A stretch of DNA of 51,046 bases from positions 62,001-113,046 of the forward strand of contig JBEWZL010000168.1 of assembly GCA_045837725.1 (NCBI GenBank), given 5' to 3'. The translations under genes were made by a program, and so were the position numbers. The DNA comes from Vermamoeba vermiformis (lineage: Eukaryota). Within the stretch, counting starts at the first letter, position 1. Each line of letters starts with the position of its first letter. This document shows, in pieces, positions 39,326 to 51,046 of this stretch. A model generated the notes under the pieces. The model saw only the letters and a list, made by a program, of their open reading frames with translations. It was not told the origin of the DNA and made no database searches.

Positions 39326-40834
39326 CTAAAATCGTTTACCTACATTAGGCTTCTCAACCTGTACGACCAGTTAAAGCTTTAATATAGCTATACAGCCTAT
39401 TTTTTGTATGGGAATACGAGACAAGCGATCGTAATCTTGGCTGTCAGATTCGTCAGTGATTTCGGTGTAATTGCGAAAAAATAAGTTTCTTAGCAAGTCG
39501 ATTGCCGTTAAGTCCATATTCGATTCGTAAGTAATATACAATCCAATAAATTAAAAATAATGTTTTAATTATTACGTAGCGCTCAGACAAAAACTGGCAT
39601 TACTTGGCCGCTTGTCTATTGTTCTCAATTATATCGCGCACTTCATTTACACGAGGAATGTTGTAGAAAGCAAAACCTAACAATCGTGCACGCCTGCCAT
39701 AAAACACTAGAAAAATCAAAGTTCAGTACGGATCAAACTTGATAATACTCGTGTAGCAACGAGACTTACGAGGTACGTTAGCAGATGAAAGGAATATAGA
39801 GCCACGAGTGCTTGATGTATGAATAACACGAATATCGCGGATGCCGTTGAGATCGAGTTCTCTAACTCCGGCGTAGGTTGCACAGCAGTTCAATCGGGCA
39901 TGCGATATTATGAAGAGTCTGGTTGTAGTAATTCCATAGAGAGCAAGATTCTTTTGGCTGATGCGAACCAAAGTGGATGTAAGCATCAAAAAGATCCTTT
40001 ACAAAAATAAATTAGGATTCCATAAATTGTCATAAAAATCATGCTAGAGGTATAAGTACTTACGATATCATTCCAGCAATGCCGCAAGGTATGAACAACA
40101 CCATTTCAGGGAAGATCAACTCGTCGACGAACGGGATCTTCTCACCAGCCTTGATAAGGCCAAAAACTGACCCTGAATAGCCCAATCCGAACAGACAGAG
40201 TGCTGTGGCAATGCTGGCTAACACGATTGAAGCATTGGGGACTAAATATACTTAATGTCACCTCGTGTGTACTTGAGACACAAATTTGGTCCAGATCCTA
40301 CTTACATCTAGGAACGCTATGATAGGCCCAAATAAGTCTTTCACCTCCTCGAATTTCTTGAGCGATTTTCAATTGATTTTCATAATTAACGTTGTTCAGA
40401 GTTGCATCCGCGAGGCCTTGAGGAACAATATCACCAAATAGCGGTCGTCTATATATTAAGCGCATTAATAATATGCCTGATATGGTAAAGAAATTCGAAC
40501 TAGCTTTGGATTTGGCCATATTTTTGGATAAAGTACCTTTCTAAATCGTGAGCTTGCTTCTTTCGTTGAATAATGGCAAAAACTAAGCATAATATGGCAA
40601 GCGCTAGCAATACGCTGTATATGATCGCTAAATAAATGAGTTCAGATTAGTTCTAATTGTTTTCAGATCGGATCAACCGAGAATCTTCTTACTGAATGCC
40701 ATAGATATCTTTTCCAAATCATTGGATTGCACGGCAGTAGGCTCTTCGACAGGCGGCCATTCGTCTTGTGCATAAATGGTACCGATCTGAAGGAACATCC
40801 AAGATGCGAGTAGAAAAGCAGTAGATCGCGTCAT
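39326..40834 (-). CDS. Signal-peptide, multi-TM membrane protein with a bacterial-PH-like (bPH_2/DUF304-like) C-terminal region; 3' end approximate
   Basis: MTRSTAFLLASWMFLQIGTIYAQ signal; TM IIYSVLLALAILCLVFAII; GERLIWA; two more hydrophobic segments; YGITTTRLFII...GSIF...FYNIPRVNEVRDII; about 7 short exons. Confidence 0.55.
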
Positions 40835-41956
40835 GATGATCAGTCGAAGAATGAGAAGTCTTGTAATGTGTTGATTATATCAATGGTCTAACGAATTATT
40901 GATAAGCTGGGGTTGTGAAATGGCTGACATTTGTAGTTGACACCGGCAATTGCGTATTTTCGAATTCTCGCGTTATTAAGCAATTCATAGCGATTGCAAA
41001 TAGCACAAGATATTATCGTTATTGTCCTCCGCTCTTATATGCTGTCAATTTCCAATACAATTTGGGAGTACATCCACCGCAGCGGTAACATTCAGTACAA
41101 AGAACTTCTTGATCTACTTCGGTCAAACATTGAACTGGTTCGCGATAGGCATTCTATTGTCTTCCATTTTTTAAGCTTCATGCACTTTAAACGACCATTC
41201 TTTGCTAAAGATCTCCAAATACGTTAGATTGAAAGGTAAAAACAGAATAAATATGAAAAAATAATTAAAAAAATGATAAAGAATAATACATTAAAGCGCA
41301 GGACATGTGGTCGTTTGGTGAAGGAGAAACAGAATCAAAATAATTGCGCATCAATAAAATGTCCGTACTCAATACTGCATTACAATTTCGTCGTAATACT
41401 GTAACTGTGCATTCATTCACTTACCTGACAAATTTGCGAAATCGTACTATTTTTTCGCGCCCATTTATTCCCGTTTTACTAAAAACGGCACCACTTCTAA
41501 TTTTTCATAAATTTTTTTGATAATTTGAAACCGCACAAACTTTTCTTAGACGACAAGTTGCGCGATTGCTATTGCTGAATTAGTGGGCATTTCCATAGTC
41601 CTACTAACTGCAGCAAGAGCCAACAATTTAGCGAGTGTTTGACAAAAGTTACACCGCTACCAAAATTATCAAAAAAGTTTCTGATAAATTTTTGTGGTAT
41701 CGTTTTTAATAAAATGGGAATAATACCTCCTAATTAATAATTTCTGAATCTGACCATCGCCAATTCATAGCAGCCGTATCTGCACAGTAAAATATAATGT
41801 ACTATTGTTTTTTCTGCTACGAGTGCAGGATTTGTGCTGTGCATTGCAAGATTAACAAAAAAAAACGATTTGTGGATGTAGAGGGTCAATTTTCTTTCTG
41901 AACAAGACTGAAAGTCACATGACCTAGAGTTTCAACAATGATATAGCTCTGCAAAA

Positions 41957-43601
41957 ATGAACGTTGAAATTGGAAAATGCAGCATTGGAACAAAAATAGT
42001 AAGCAAATCGAAGTGCAGAAACGTTTGTAATATTATTAACCACAATCCCCGAGTTGTTTCGCGGCGATGAAGACTGGGAGGCACACTATCAGCATTTGAA
42101 GCAACTTGGAGGAGTCGCTGAAACAAATAATGAGGTTGAATTTTCGGATGTGGCACTTGCCGAAGACTGGCTTCACCAAATATTACAAAAAAATCAGGAA
42201 AATATTACAACGCTCATTTTACGTCACTACGAATTTTCAAATGATGGGTACGGAACTTTGGGAGAGGATCTGACCAAAAATACAACTTTGAAACAACTCG
42301 ACATCCTATTTCCTGCAGCTCATTGCGCAGATACGACACTATTATTTGATGGGATCGCAATCAATACTTCGATAGAGGAGTTGCATGTTTCCTTACCAAG
42401 ATCTCTTTCTTCAACTTGGAAAAGTCTTAGCAAATTATTAACGCTCAACAAATCGATCAAACGATTGAAAATAATAGAAATTCCGTTAATTGAACCAGAA
42501 CCACGCGAAGATGTCCTTGTGGACTTGTTTAATAGTCTCGCGAGCAACGATGTTTTGACGGATCTGAACCTGTTAAAAATCAACTTTTCGGCCCAAGAAC
42601 TGATGGCCTTAGGAGAAGGTCTCAAGCACAATAGATCGTTAAATGTTCTCAATATAGTCGGTAATTACAGGAACATACGCGAGCATGAAATTGGACCACT
42701 TGGCGATGCACTAAAGCACAACAAAACGATCAAAAAACTAACGTTATTGGCCATCAAATTGACAGAAGAACATTTGCAAAGATTATTCGACGGTCTGATA
42801 GGCAATCATTCAATAACTAATTTGGTCTGGAAAGTTGGCTTAGACTGCTCAATGGATCCGCTCTTGAAGTACCTCCGAACAACGCAAACTTTATCAGAAT
42901 TAGATCTAACGATCACCAAAATTACAGAAGAAATTGAACAAGCAATATTCCCGGCATTAGCAGCGAACACATCAATCACGATTTTGAAAATTGCCGGATC
43001 TGAATTACGAACCACAAGGATTGGCTCACTATTAAAAGACAACAAAAATATCAAAGTACTACAAATTTACGCAAAATTGGAGGAAAATTCTGTTCAGGCT
43101 TTGAAAGAAGCATTAATAGTGAACAAGACATTGACCAGTTTAGATCTACGTGCGAATGTCTACCTAGGCTACAGAGAAATTTTTAAGTACAATACTACGC
43201 TAAAAGAACTATACTTACCTTTCCTACCTTACGAAGAACTTATTGAAATAGTTAAAAATGGCAAAAATCTGAAACGACTGGTAGTTGACTTGATTTTCGT
43301 TGACACAGAAGAATGGAACGTAAAATTAGACCAAGCGATGGAAGATAATTATACGCTTACTAATTGCTGGATTGGCGGCATAACCAACGTCAAAATTAAG
43401 CACATTTGTGACAGAAATTTCGAATTGCAAAAACTGCGTTACGAAGATACAGCAATAATTATTCACAATTTTGCACGCAGCGAATTATTCAGGCAATTGC
43501 CAACAGAAATTTGGATTGCAATTTTCACCGAGATAGACTACCCTGGTTTGGAATCGTTCGGCCCTATCGCCAAATCAATCTTAAAATTGTATTGTAACTG
43601 A
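41957..43601 (+). CDS. RNI-like LRR (NLRC3-like repeats) protein with C-terminal F-box-like motif (paralogue 4)
   Basis: Exon 41957-41998, intron, 515-aa ORF with LxxNxTLxxLxL repeats; C-terminal IIHNFARSELFRQLPTEIWIAIF. Confidence 0.85.
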
Positions 43602-43640
43602 TAAAAAGCGATTATTTGATCAAGTACGTCATTTTAATAA

Positions 43641-46065
43641 CTAATTACAAATAGCATTACATTTCTTCGCAGCCCACTCAGGAATGGGACATTGAATCGG
43701 ATTGCCTGCCGCAGTACAAAACCTCGGACCTCCTGTGACGTTCATCGCTGATGGCAGGAACGAAGTGAACAGATTGTTGTTAACGAACAATGCAGAAAGT
43801 TGATTAAAGTCTGTATTCGGTAAATCAAATACTCCGGTTAGTGTTGTATGAGTGAGAGAAAACTCGGTGAGTTGCGTGAATCCAGTGCCGCAAAATTCTC
43901 CGTCAAAGTCGTTGTCAGAAGCATAAAACTTAGTGATTCTCTTTCCCAAGCACAGAATTGAGCCGTTGAGGTTATTGCGATCAATCGCTAGGTATTGAAT
44001 ATTACTGTCTTCCCATGACGTAGGAATCGTTCCGTGTAAACCACATCCGCTCACATCGAGCTTGAGTAGTGACTTCGATAGACCATGAGGAAGAGTACCC
44101 TCTATACGGCAGTTATTAAGATCAAGTTTTTCTATCGATGGTAAGTTCATAAGCATTGCAAAAGAGCCCTCGTTCAGTGACAGCCATGTTTCATAAAGTT
44201 CAACTTCCTTCAACAGTAGTAACTCGCGCAAGTCAGGCAAAGTGCCAGTGATTCGATTCTCTGCTAGTTTCAATGACTTCAAGTTTTTGAGAAGTATAAT
44301 CGACTCTGGAATTGTTGACTCGATGGAGTTGAAGGTCAGATCCAAGACTTGTAGTTCGGTGAAATTTCCGATAATTGCTGGAATCTTTACGGTTGAACTA
44401 GCAACTGTTCGCTTTTTAAAGCTGTTGGAATTGAGATTAATACCAATAACGCGACCGGTCACGTTACTACATGAAATTCCTGTCCAGGTGCAGTGCGGTG
44501 CATTTAGCCACTGGGTTGTATCGACGTGCAATGCATCTAATAACTCCAACAGCATGTGCCGCTCATAATTCGCAGGATTTAAATGTTCGAGATTTGGAGG
44601 TGGTTCTGCGGTGCCTGGACCAACCTCTGCGGTGTGACCGCTGAACAGGTAAAGACCAACCACGATTAAGATAATCAGAGTTGACAATATCGCTGCACTA
44701 ATCTTCCAACCAATCAAATTTCTTCTACTTGTGGTTGGGACTGTATTCCGCGTTGCCATCTTTGCGCCAGTGAATTGGTCGTAGAGAGTGTCAATGACTC
44801 GTTGAATGCGATCCACTTCAGAAGTGACGTTCTGAATGTCATTGTAGTTCTGTTTGATTGACTCACTCATGAACGGTATCAGTGACTCGTAGTCGACGTG
44901 AAGAATACCTGTGCAACAATATTACACTCCGAGTGTGGTCTAGTTATCGCGTACCATCGATGAGTTGAACAGCTTCAGGCACCACACTTTCAATCTGTTG
45001 AGCAATGTACCCAATGAACCTCTTGTTCGTTGCGTGACTCACTCCCGGTTTGAACTTGTACGACACTCCATCGATTTGAAGGAGTGCTGCTCTGCTGTCT
45101 CGGTCTGAATACAGAACGTTAGATAAGCGAACACGATGCGATCTTATGGTACGTACCTTCTTCCAACAAGCGAATGTCTTCTTTGATGTTGATATCTGAT
45201 GCTTTGTAGAAGTTGAGTGCTCGAAAGTTGCCCACGACTTCTGCATTGCCGTTGTACAGCACCATGTAGTTGTCATGAGGACTATTCAGACTTCATGTTA
45301 CTACGACATCAATAAATATAATATGATCATCACTTACGAGTCATATTCACTGCAGTCATGTAAGACCATTGCAGAGACAGGATGATCCGAGCCTAACGCG
45401 TAGTGATTTGTTTCATTCGGATCAGTCACGTGCATCGTGTTATCTCCATACGAAGATTCTTGTATACTATGCAACGACTCTCCTTCGGGTGATACTTGCC
45501 GTTGATCGATCAAATACCCGTCTTCGCCAAACCAGAAAATCGGGACAACAACTTGACATGTGACAGCACAAAGTATCAGAATCGACCATGTAGAAAGTTA
45601 AGAGATATGATTACCTTCACTTTCCGAGTCGCCTTCGTGCTTTCTTTTCTTCGGGAATAATTCCCAGATCGACGAAGATCCTGTTTGGGTGACAGATCCA
45701 TTTTCAATCCGCTGAATTATAATTTGAAAGAATCTATCTTTTGCTTTTGTCTTTCTAAAGTCGAAGACTCCTTGGTTGATTTTCAGACGCAGAAGCATTC
45801 CTTCTTCGGCTGAATGCGCATCCGCCACTTCACTTTGTTGGTGGATGATTGGAGCTCTTTTCGCCCATGTAAAGCAGTTTTGTGGTTCGTATAATTTTTT
45901 TCCATACATATCAATGCATATATATCGAATCTTGAAGAATAATTGGTTCTCATTTTGGATCACGCCGAATCCAAATTCAGGCTCTGTCTTCGTTTGAACG
46001 GTGCCAATGTACTTATCCAAAGGTAAATATATACTAAATATATTTCTGACGTGTATTTTGTGCAT
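43641..46065 (-). CDS. MYRF-like S74-autocleavage / TM / LRR protein, copy D
   Basis: Exons 46065-45615, 45551-45338, 45281-45157, 45104-44955, 44908-43641; Ser codon 45199-45197; TM LIGWKISAAILSTLIILIVVGLYLF; LRR ectodomain. Confidence 0.9.
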
Positions 46066-46538
46066 TGTGTTGCTTCATCGATCGCGTAAGTTGAATGGTG
46101 GGACCTGTCCCACTCAGCATGTCTCGTTGAGATTTCAACTGCTGAACAAGAATAAGTTAAGTACGAATACCACCGAGCATTGTTACTTGATTGTAAAAAT
46201 TAGAAGCAGGTGACTTGCTTTTTTTCGGATGGAGCTCGTTCCGCGGATCTGATTTTGGGTGACCACAGGTGATGAGATCCACCGGTCGCAAAAGATGCCC
46301 GAATAGTGCTCATATTGATCCTTCTAAACATAAACAAATATGAACAAACGTGTATGTCTAAAGTACCAATTGAAGAACCTTACCCGTTTTTACAAGTTAA
46401 CATTTATTTCGGTTCGCTCCGCATTGAATCACTCGAGCCAGCTGCATAATGTGGTAAATCTATGACGACTTGATATCAAATTCGAGGAGCGCTAAATCAC
46501 TCGAACCAAACTAAGTGATCGTTACGAGGCGTCATCGC

Positions 46539-48993
46539 TCAGCTACAAGAAGCACCACAAATCTTCTCGGTCCAAGAAGGCACCGGGCATTTAAAGGCAT
46601 TAAAGTTAGCTGTACATTGTGACGGCGGTGCTGTATCGTTCGGCAAAGAGCGCAAGAACGAAGTGAACTGATTTTGACTTAGCGCCAATTTTGGCATTCG
46701 AGGTACTTTTGCTGCAGGCAATTCGAAGTCTCCTATCAACTTGTTATCGCTAATATCTAATTCGTCTATAGAACTAAGCGATCCTCCACAGAATTCACCG
46801 TCTAGTTCGTTATGAGCTAATTTTAGGGTGGAGACATTCGGGCCTAAACACGGAACGGATCCGTTGAGCTTGTTATTTGACAAGTCAATCAAAGTGAGAC
46901 TAGGCGATGTCCATGACGCAGGAATTGTTCCGTGCAAGTGACACTGGTCCAAGTATATTATCGATAATGAGCTTGAAATGTTCGCGGGAAGTTCCGTGTT
47001 GAGTGGATTTCTATCCATGGACAATTTTTTAAGTGCTGGTAACTGCATGAGCATTGATAGTGATCCAGTTAACTTATTTTGTTGTAGCAAGACTAACTCT
47101 AACTTTGTTAAGCCGCTCAAGTCCGGCACTGTTCCGACCAAATTATTATGCTCCAAGTTCAACTCGACCAAATTCTTCAAGTTCTTGAACGATTCTGGGA
47201 TCGTGGACACGAGATGATTGAAGGGTAATAGCAACCGTTGTAGCTCTGTAAAGTTGCCAAAGCCCTCTGGAATCGTCGCATTTGCTGCAGTCTTTGCAAA
47301 ATAAACCATCGCAATCTTGGTCACTCGGCCAGTTGAAGGATTGCACTCGATACTTTTCCAAGTGCAATGATGTTCCGTCAAGTTCCACACGTGATCTTTG
47401 TAAAGAGGATTGGGATGTAGAGACAGATAAAATTCCGTTAAAATCCTCCGTTCAAATTCGCTTGCGCCAGATAGTTGCGTTGCAGGCGTTGGATTTTTCA
47501 TTTGATTTGGTACTTGAGGATTTGTTGCTTGGTCTGTGAAAAACACGAACCCGACTGCTACGGCAATAATGACGGATACCGTGATCGCACTAATTATCCA
47601 GGCAAGTGCTCTGTTTCTTCGTCTTTTGGTTACGTTGATCTCTTGTGTTGGTTTTTGTTCGTCATCATCAGCGCATTTTTCGTACAGAGCGTCAAGAGTG
47701 AGTTTGACATGTTCTACTTCGGAAGTGACGTTCTGAATGTCATTGTAGTTCTGTTTGATTGACTCACTCATGTACGGTATCAGTGACTCGTAGTCGACGT
47801 GAAGAATACCTGCGAAGATTAACAATATTAGATCACTCTGCAGGCACTAGTGCCTATCGCTGTCACGTACCATCGATGAGTTGAACAGCCTCAGGAACGA
47901 CACTTTCGATTTGTTGTGCAATGTACCCAATGAATCGTTTATTCGTTGCATGACTCACTCCTGGCTTGAACTTGTACGACACGCCATTGATCTGGAGTAG
48001 TGACGCTCTGCTGTCTCGATCTGAAACACGATGGGCGTAAGCCTTGGTTTAGAGTAAGATCGCGTTAGTACGCATACCTTCTTCCAGCAGGCGAATGTCT
48101 TCTTTAATGTTGATATCCGACGCCTTGTAGAAGTTGAGTGCTCGGAAGTTGCCCACGACTTCTGCATTGCCGTTGTACAGTACCATGTAGTTGTCATGAG
48201 GACTATTCAGACTTAATATCACTACGGTACATCAATAAATATAATATGATCATCACTTACGAGTAATATTCTTCGCTGTCATGTAAGGCCATTGCAGAGA
48301 CAGGTTGATCCAAGCTGAGTGCGTATTGATTTGTTTCATTCGGATCAGCCACGTGCATCATGTTATCTTCATACGACGACTCTTGTATACTATGAGACGA
48401 CTCTCCTTCGGGAGATATTTGCCGTTGATCGATCAGATACCCGTCCTCGCCAAGCCAATACACCGGGACGACAACTTGACATGTGTGAATAATTTCAGAA
48501 AAACGTTCGACAAACAAATTATCGTATCTCGAATTACATATTAATTACCTTCATTATCACTCTCTTCTATTTCCGCCTGTCGCTTCTTCGGAAACAATTC
48601 CCAGATGGCGGATGTGCCAGTTTTCGAGGTAGATCCGTTCTCGACCAGTTCTACGATAATTTGAAATAGCCTATCTTTTGATTTTGCTTTTCTGAAGTCA
48701 AATACTCCTTGGTTAATCTTGAGTCGTGCGAATATTCCTTCTTCGGCTGCATCCGCGACCCCATTTTGTTGGTACGTGATAGGACTTCTTTTGGCCCATG
48801 TAAAACAGTTCGTTGGTTCATATTTAATGTTGCCAAATGAATCAGTGCATACAAGTCGAATCAAGAGATCGGATTGATTCTCATTTTGGAGCAAGCCCAG
48901 CCCAAACGGTTCTGTCTTCGTTTGCACGGAGCCAATGCTTCTTTTCAATGGAATAAATACTTTGAAAATATTTCTAATGTGTATTTTCTCCAT
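46539..48993 (-). CDS. MYRF-like S74-autocleavage / TM / LRR protein, copy E
   Basis: Exons 48993-48549, 48474-48261, 48202-48078, 48020-47871, 47809-46539; Ser codon 48120-48118; TM ALAWIISAITVSVIIAVAVGFVFF; LRR ectodomain. Confidence 0.9.
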
Positions 48994-49376
48994 TCTCGTT
49001 CGGTAAAGATAGACCAAAGTAAATCCGGCCCGCTTTCTATGTCAGTTCTGTTTTTGTGATCGAAGTATCTTCGTTTTTTGGAATAACAAGTTGCAATATT
49101 ATCAAATAATTACTCGCAGTGGTTGCAAGCGACTTCGCACGATAGCTGAATCTGTTGAAATACAATTAATTTTAGAAAGCTAGAATAACTATTAAGCGCT
49201 CTAAAAATCAATATTTAAATCTTCTTATTATTTCGTATCGTAATGTCATTATCAGTGTTAAAAAAAAGGAGGGCAGACCGTTGAATTTGGATGGTTCGTC
49301 ATTACCGTAACAACAACGATCGAACTCAGAACTATTATTACCCCAACCAAACACCAAAGAATCATCAATAAGCCCA

Positions 49377-51046
49377 ATGAATATTGAATTTAGGAGTTTA
49401 CCGCCGAACGGATGCAAAATAGTAAGGATCCTTCTCCTTTGTTGATTAAACGTATTGACTTAAAGGAAAGATTGCATTAGATATTACGAGGAGATGGCTG
49501 TAAGAAACACGTCGCATATTTAAACCAGCTGAACGGTGTAATTAATGAAGACAACAATGTTATTAATTTATCAGATGCCGCCCAAGCTGACGACTGGCTG
49601 CACCAAATATTATCCAAAAATCACCACAATGTAATACATCTTAATATGCAGCAGTACCAATTTACGAATGATAGATACGTGATTTTAGGAGAAGATCTGA
49701 ACAAAAATACGACTTTGAAAAAGTTCTCAGTAATGCTTTCAGAACATCAAGCCGCTGAATCGGCACCACTATTCGACGGTATTGCAAATAACACTTCGAT
49801 TCAACAATTGAAAATCTCTCTGGAAAGATCTCGATCTCACGAGTGGAAGTTACTCGGACAAGCCCTTACACGAAACAAAGCGATTACAAATCTGTATTTA
49901 GACCAATGTAGAACGCAATTGCTACCAGTGGCAGGCGACGAAAATGCAGCAGTGGAGTTATTCAAATGCTTAGCGAGCAACGATGTTTTGACAGCTATGC
50001 ATTCGTCTGCATTTAACTATTCGCCTCAAGAAATGATTGCACTAGGAGAAGGTCTCAAGCAGAACAATTATTTGAAGTCACTTAGCATTGCTAGTAATTT
50101 CAGATATATTCGTGAATGCGACATTGGACCACTCGGCGAGGCCCTCAAACACAACTACGCACTCGAGGATATTCAGCTGCGTAATATGATCTTCACTAAA
50201 GACCATCTATCGCGACTTGTCGATGGCCTGACGATTAATAAGACCTTAACAAGCTTATGTTGGGAAGTCACTTTGAACTGCGAACCAGATGCGCTCATCA
50301 CGTACCTACAAACAACTCAAACACTACGGAAGCTAGACATGAAAATATGCAATAGAGCAGAAGAGAATAGCCTCGCATTGTGCACGGCGTTAGCATCGAA
50401 TAAATCGCTCACAAATTTGGCACTACGATTCAGTCCTCTGATAAACGCAAATGTCGGATCCATCATACAAAACAACAAAAACATCAAAAAATTGTATTTA
50501 AATGGAAAATTGACAGAAGAGACGGCACAAATTATCACCAAATTACTTAGCACGAACAACACTTTGACAAGCTTTGAAATTGTTCTCGGAATTTCGGGCA
50601 CGACTTTGCCATTCAACCAGATACTGAAATGCAATACCTCACTTAGATCATTGACAGCTTCATTATTTTCTCAAGACGATTTTATCGAGCTTATTAGCAC
50701 CAACAATTCCCTCAAAACTCTCGTTGCACGTGTCGTAAAGGGACAAGACGAAAATTTTATAGAAAGCTTAACAAAAGCAGTGGAAAATAACTTTGCATTG
50801 ACCAAAATACAAATTGAATTACTTAGTGTACACTTCGAGGACATCTGTGACAGAAATTTCGCCTTACAAAAGCAACGCTACGAAGATACAGCGATTATTC
50901 TTCATATTATAGCTCGCAGTGACTTGTGCAGCAAATTGCCAATAGAATTGTGGACTGCAATCTTCAGCGATATTAACTACCCTGGTTTAGAATCGTTTGA
51001 ACCGCTTGCCAAATCGATACTTTCTTTGTATCGGAACAACGCTAAA
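49377..51046 (+). CDS. RNI-like LRR protein with C-terminal F-box-like motif (paralogue 5; stop beyond window, absent from ORF track)
   Basis: Exon 49377-49421, intron to 49480, frame consistent from 49481 to 51046; DDWLHQIL, LGEDLNKNTTLK and KQRYEDTAIILHIIARSDLCSKLPIELWTAIF..YPGLESF match 41957-43601. Confidence 0.85.

Noticed and set aside
31362-47809. Calling the LRR ORFs stand-alone plant-type receptor kinases or PGIP-like proteins
   Set aside because: No kinase and no signal peptide; the TM precedes the LRR and each ORF starts mid-S74 domain at a splice acceptor
30993-48202. S74 repeats as a prophage or endogenous virus tail-fibre region
   Set aside because: Exons are split by spliceosomal introns and no capsid, integrase or replication genes are present
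1-51046. CRISPR arrays, rRNA, tRNA or transposase/reverse transcriptase genes
   Set aside because: No regularly spaced repeats, recognisable RNA-gene motifs or DDE/RT motifs seen by eye; tRNAscan/Infernal not run

Overview
Gene-dense eukaryotic DNA with short GT-AG introns (gtaagt/gtacgt donors, ctaac-like branch points), probably from a microbial eukaryote; I cannot name the organism. A central housekeeping block (NST1-like/RING, SAM methyltransferase, KCTD-type BTB, 2H-phosphoesterase/RRM, GET3, RhoGEF-PH-FYVE-SH3) sits between two accessory zones of lineage-specific paralogues. Main discovery: five copies (30.1-49.0 kb) of a spliced gene that the ORF track fragments. Each encodes a conserved ~140-aa N-terminal domain ending in an NLS-like basic patch, an acidic/SP linker, a peptidase-S74 intramolecular-chaperone autocleavage domain (SDINIK Ser-Lys dyad), a coiled coil, one type-II TM helix and a variable plant-RLK-type LRR ectodomain. 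This looks like a MYRF/MrfA-style self-cleaving membrane-tethered transcription factor fused to a diversified LRR receptor. Also present: five RNI-like proteins with a C-terminal F-box-like cassette, three F-box genes, a strongly CpG-depleted P-loop NTPase gene and an intronless degenerate N6-adenine methyltransferase-like gene. Several single-base frameshifts may be assembly indels. All exon models were read by eye.
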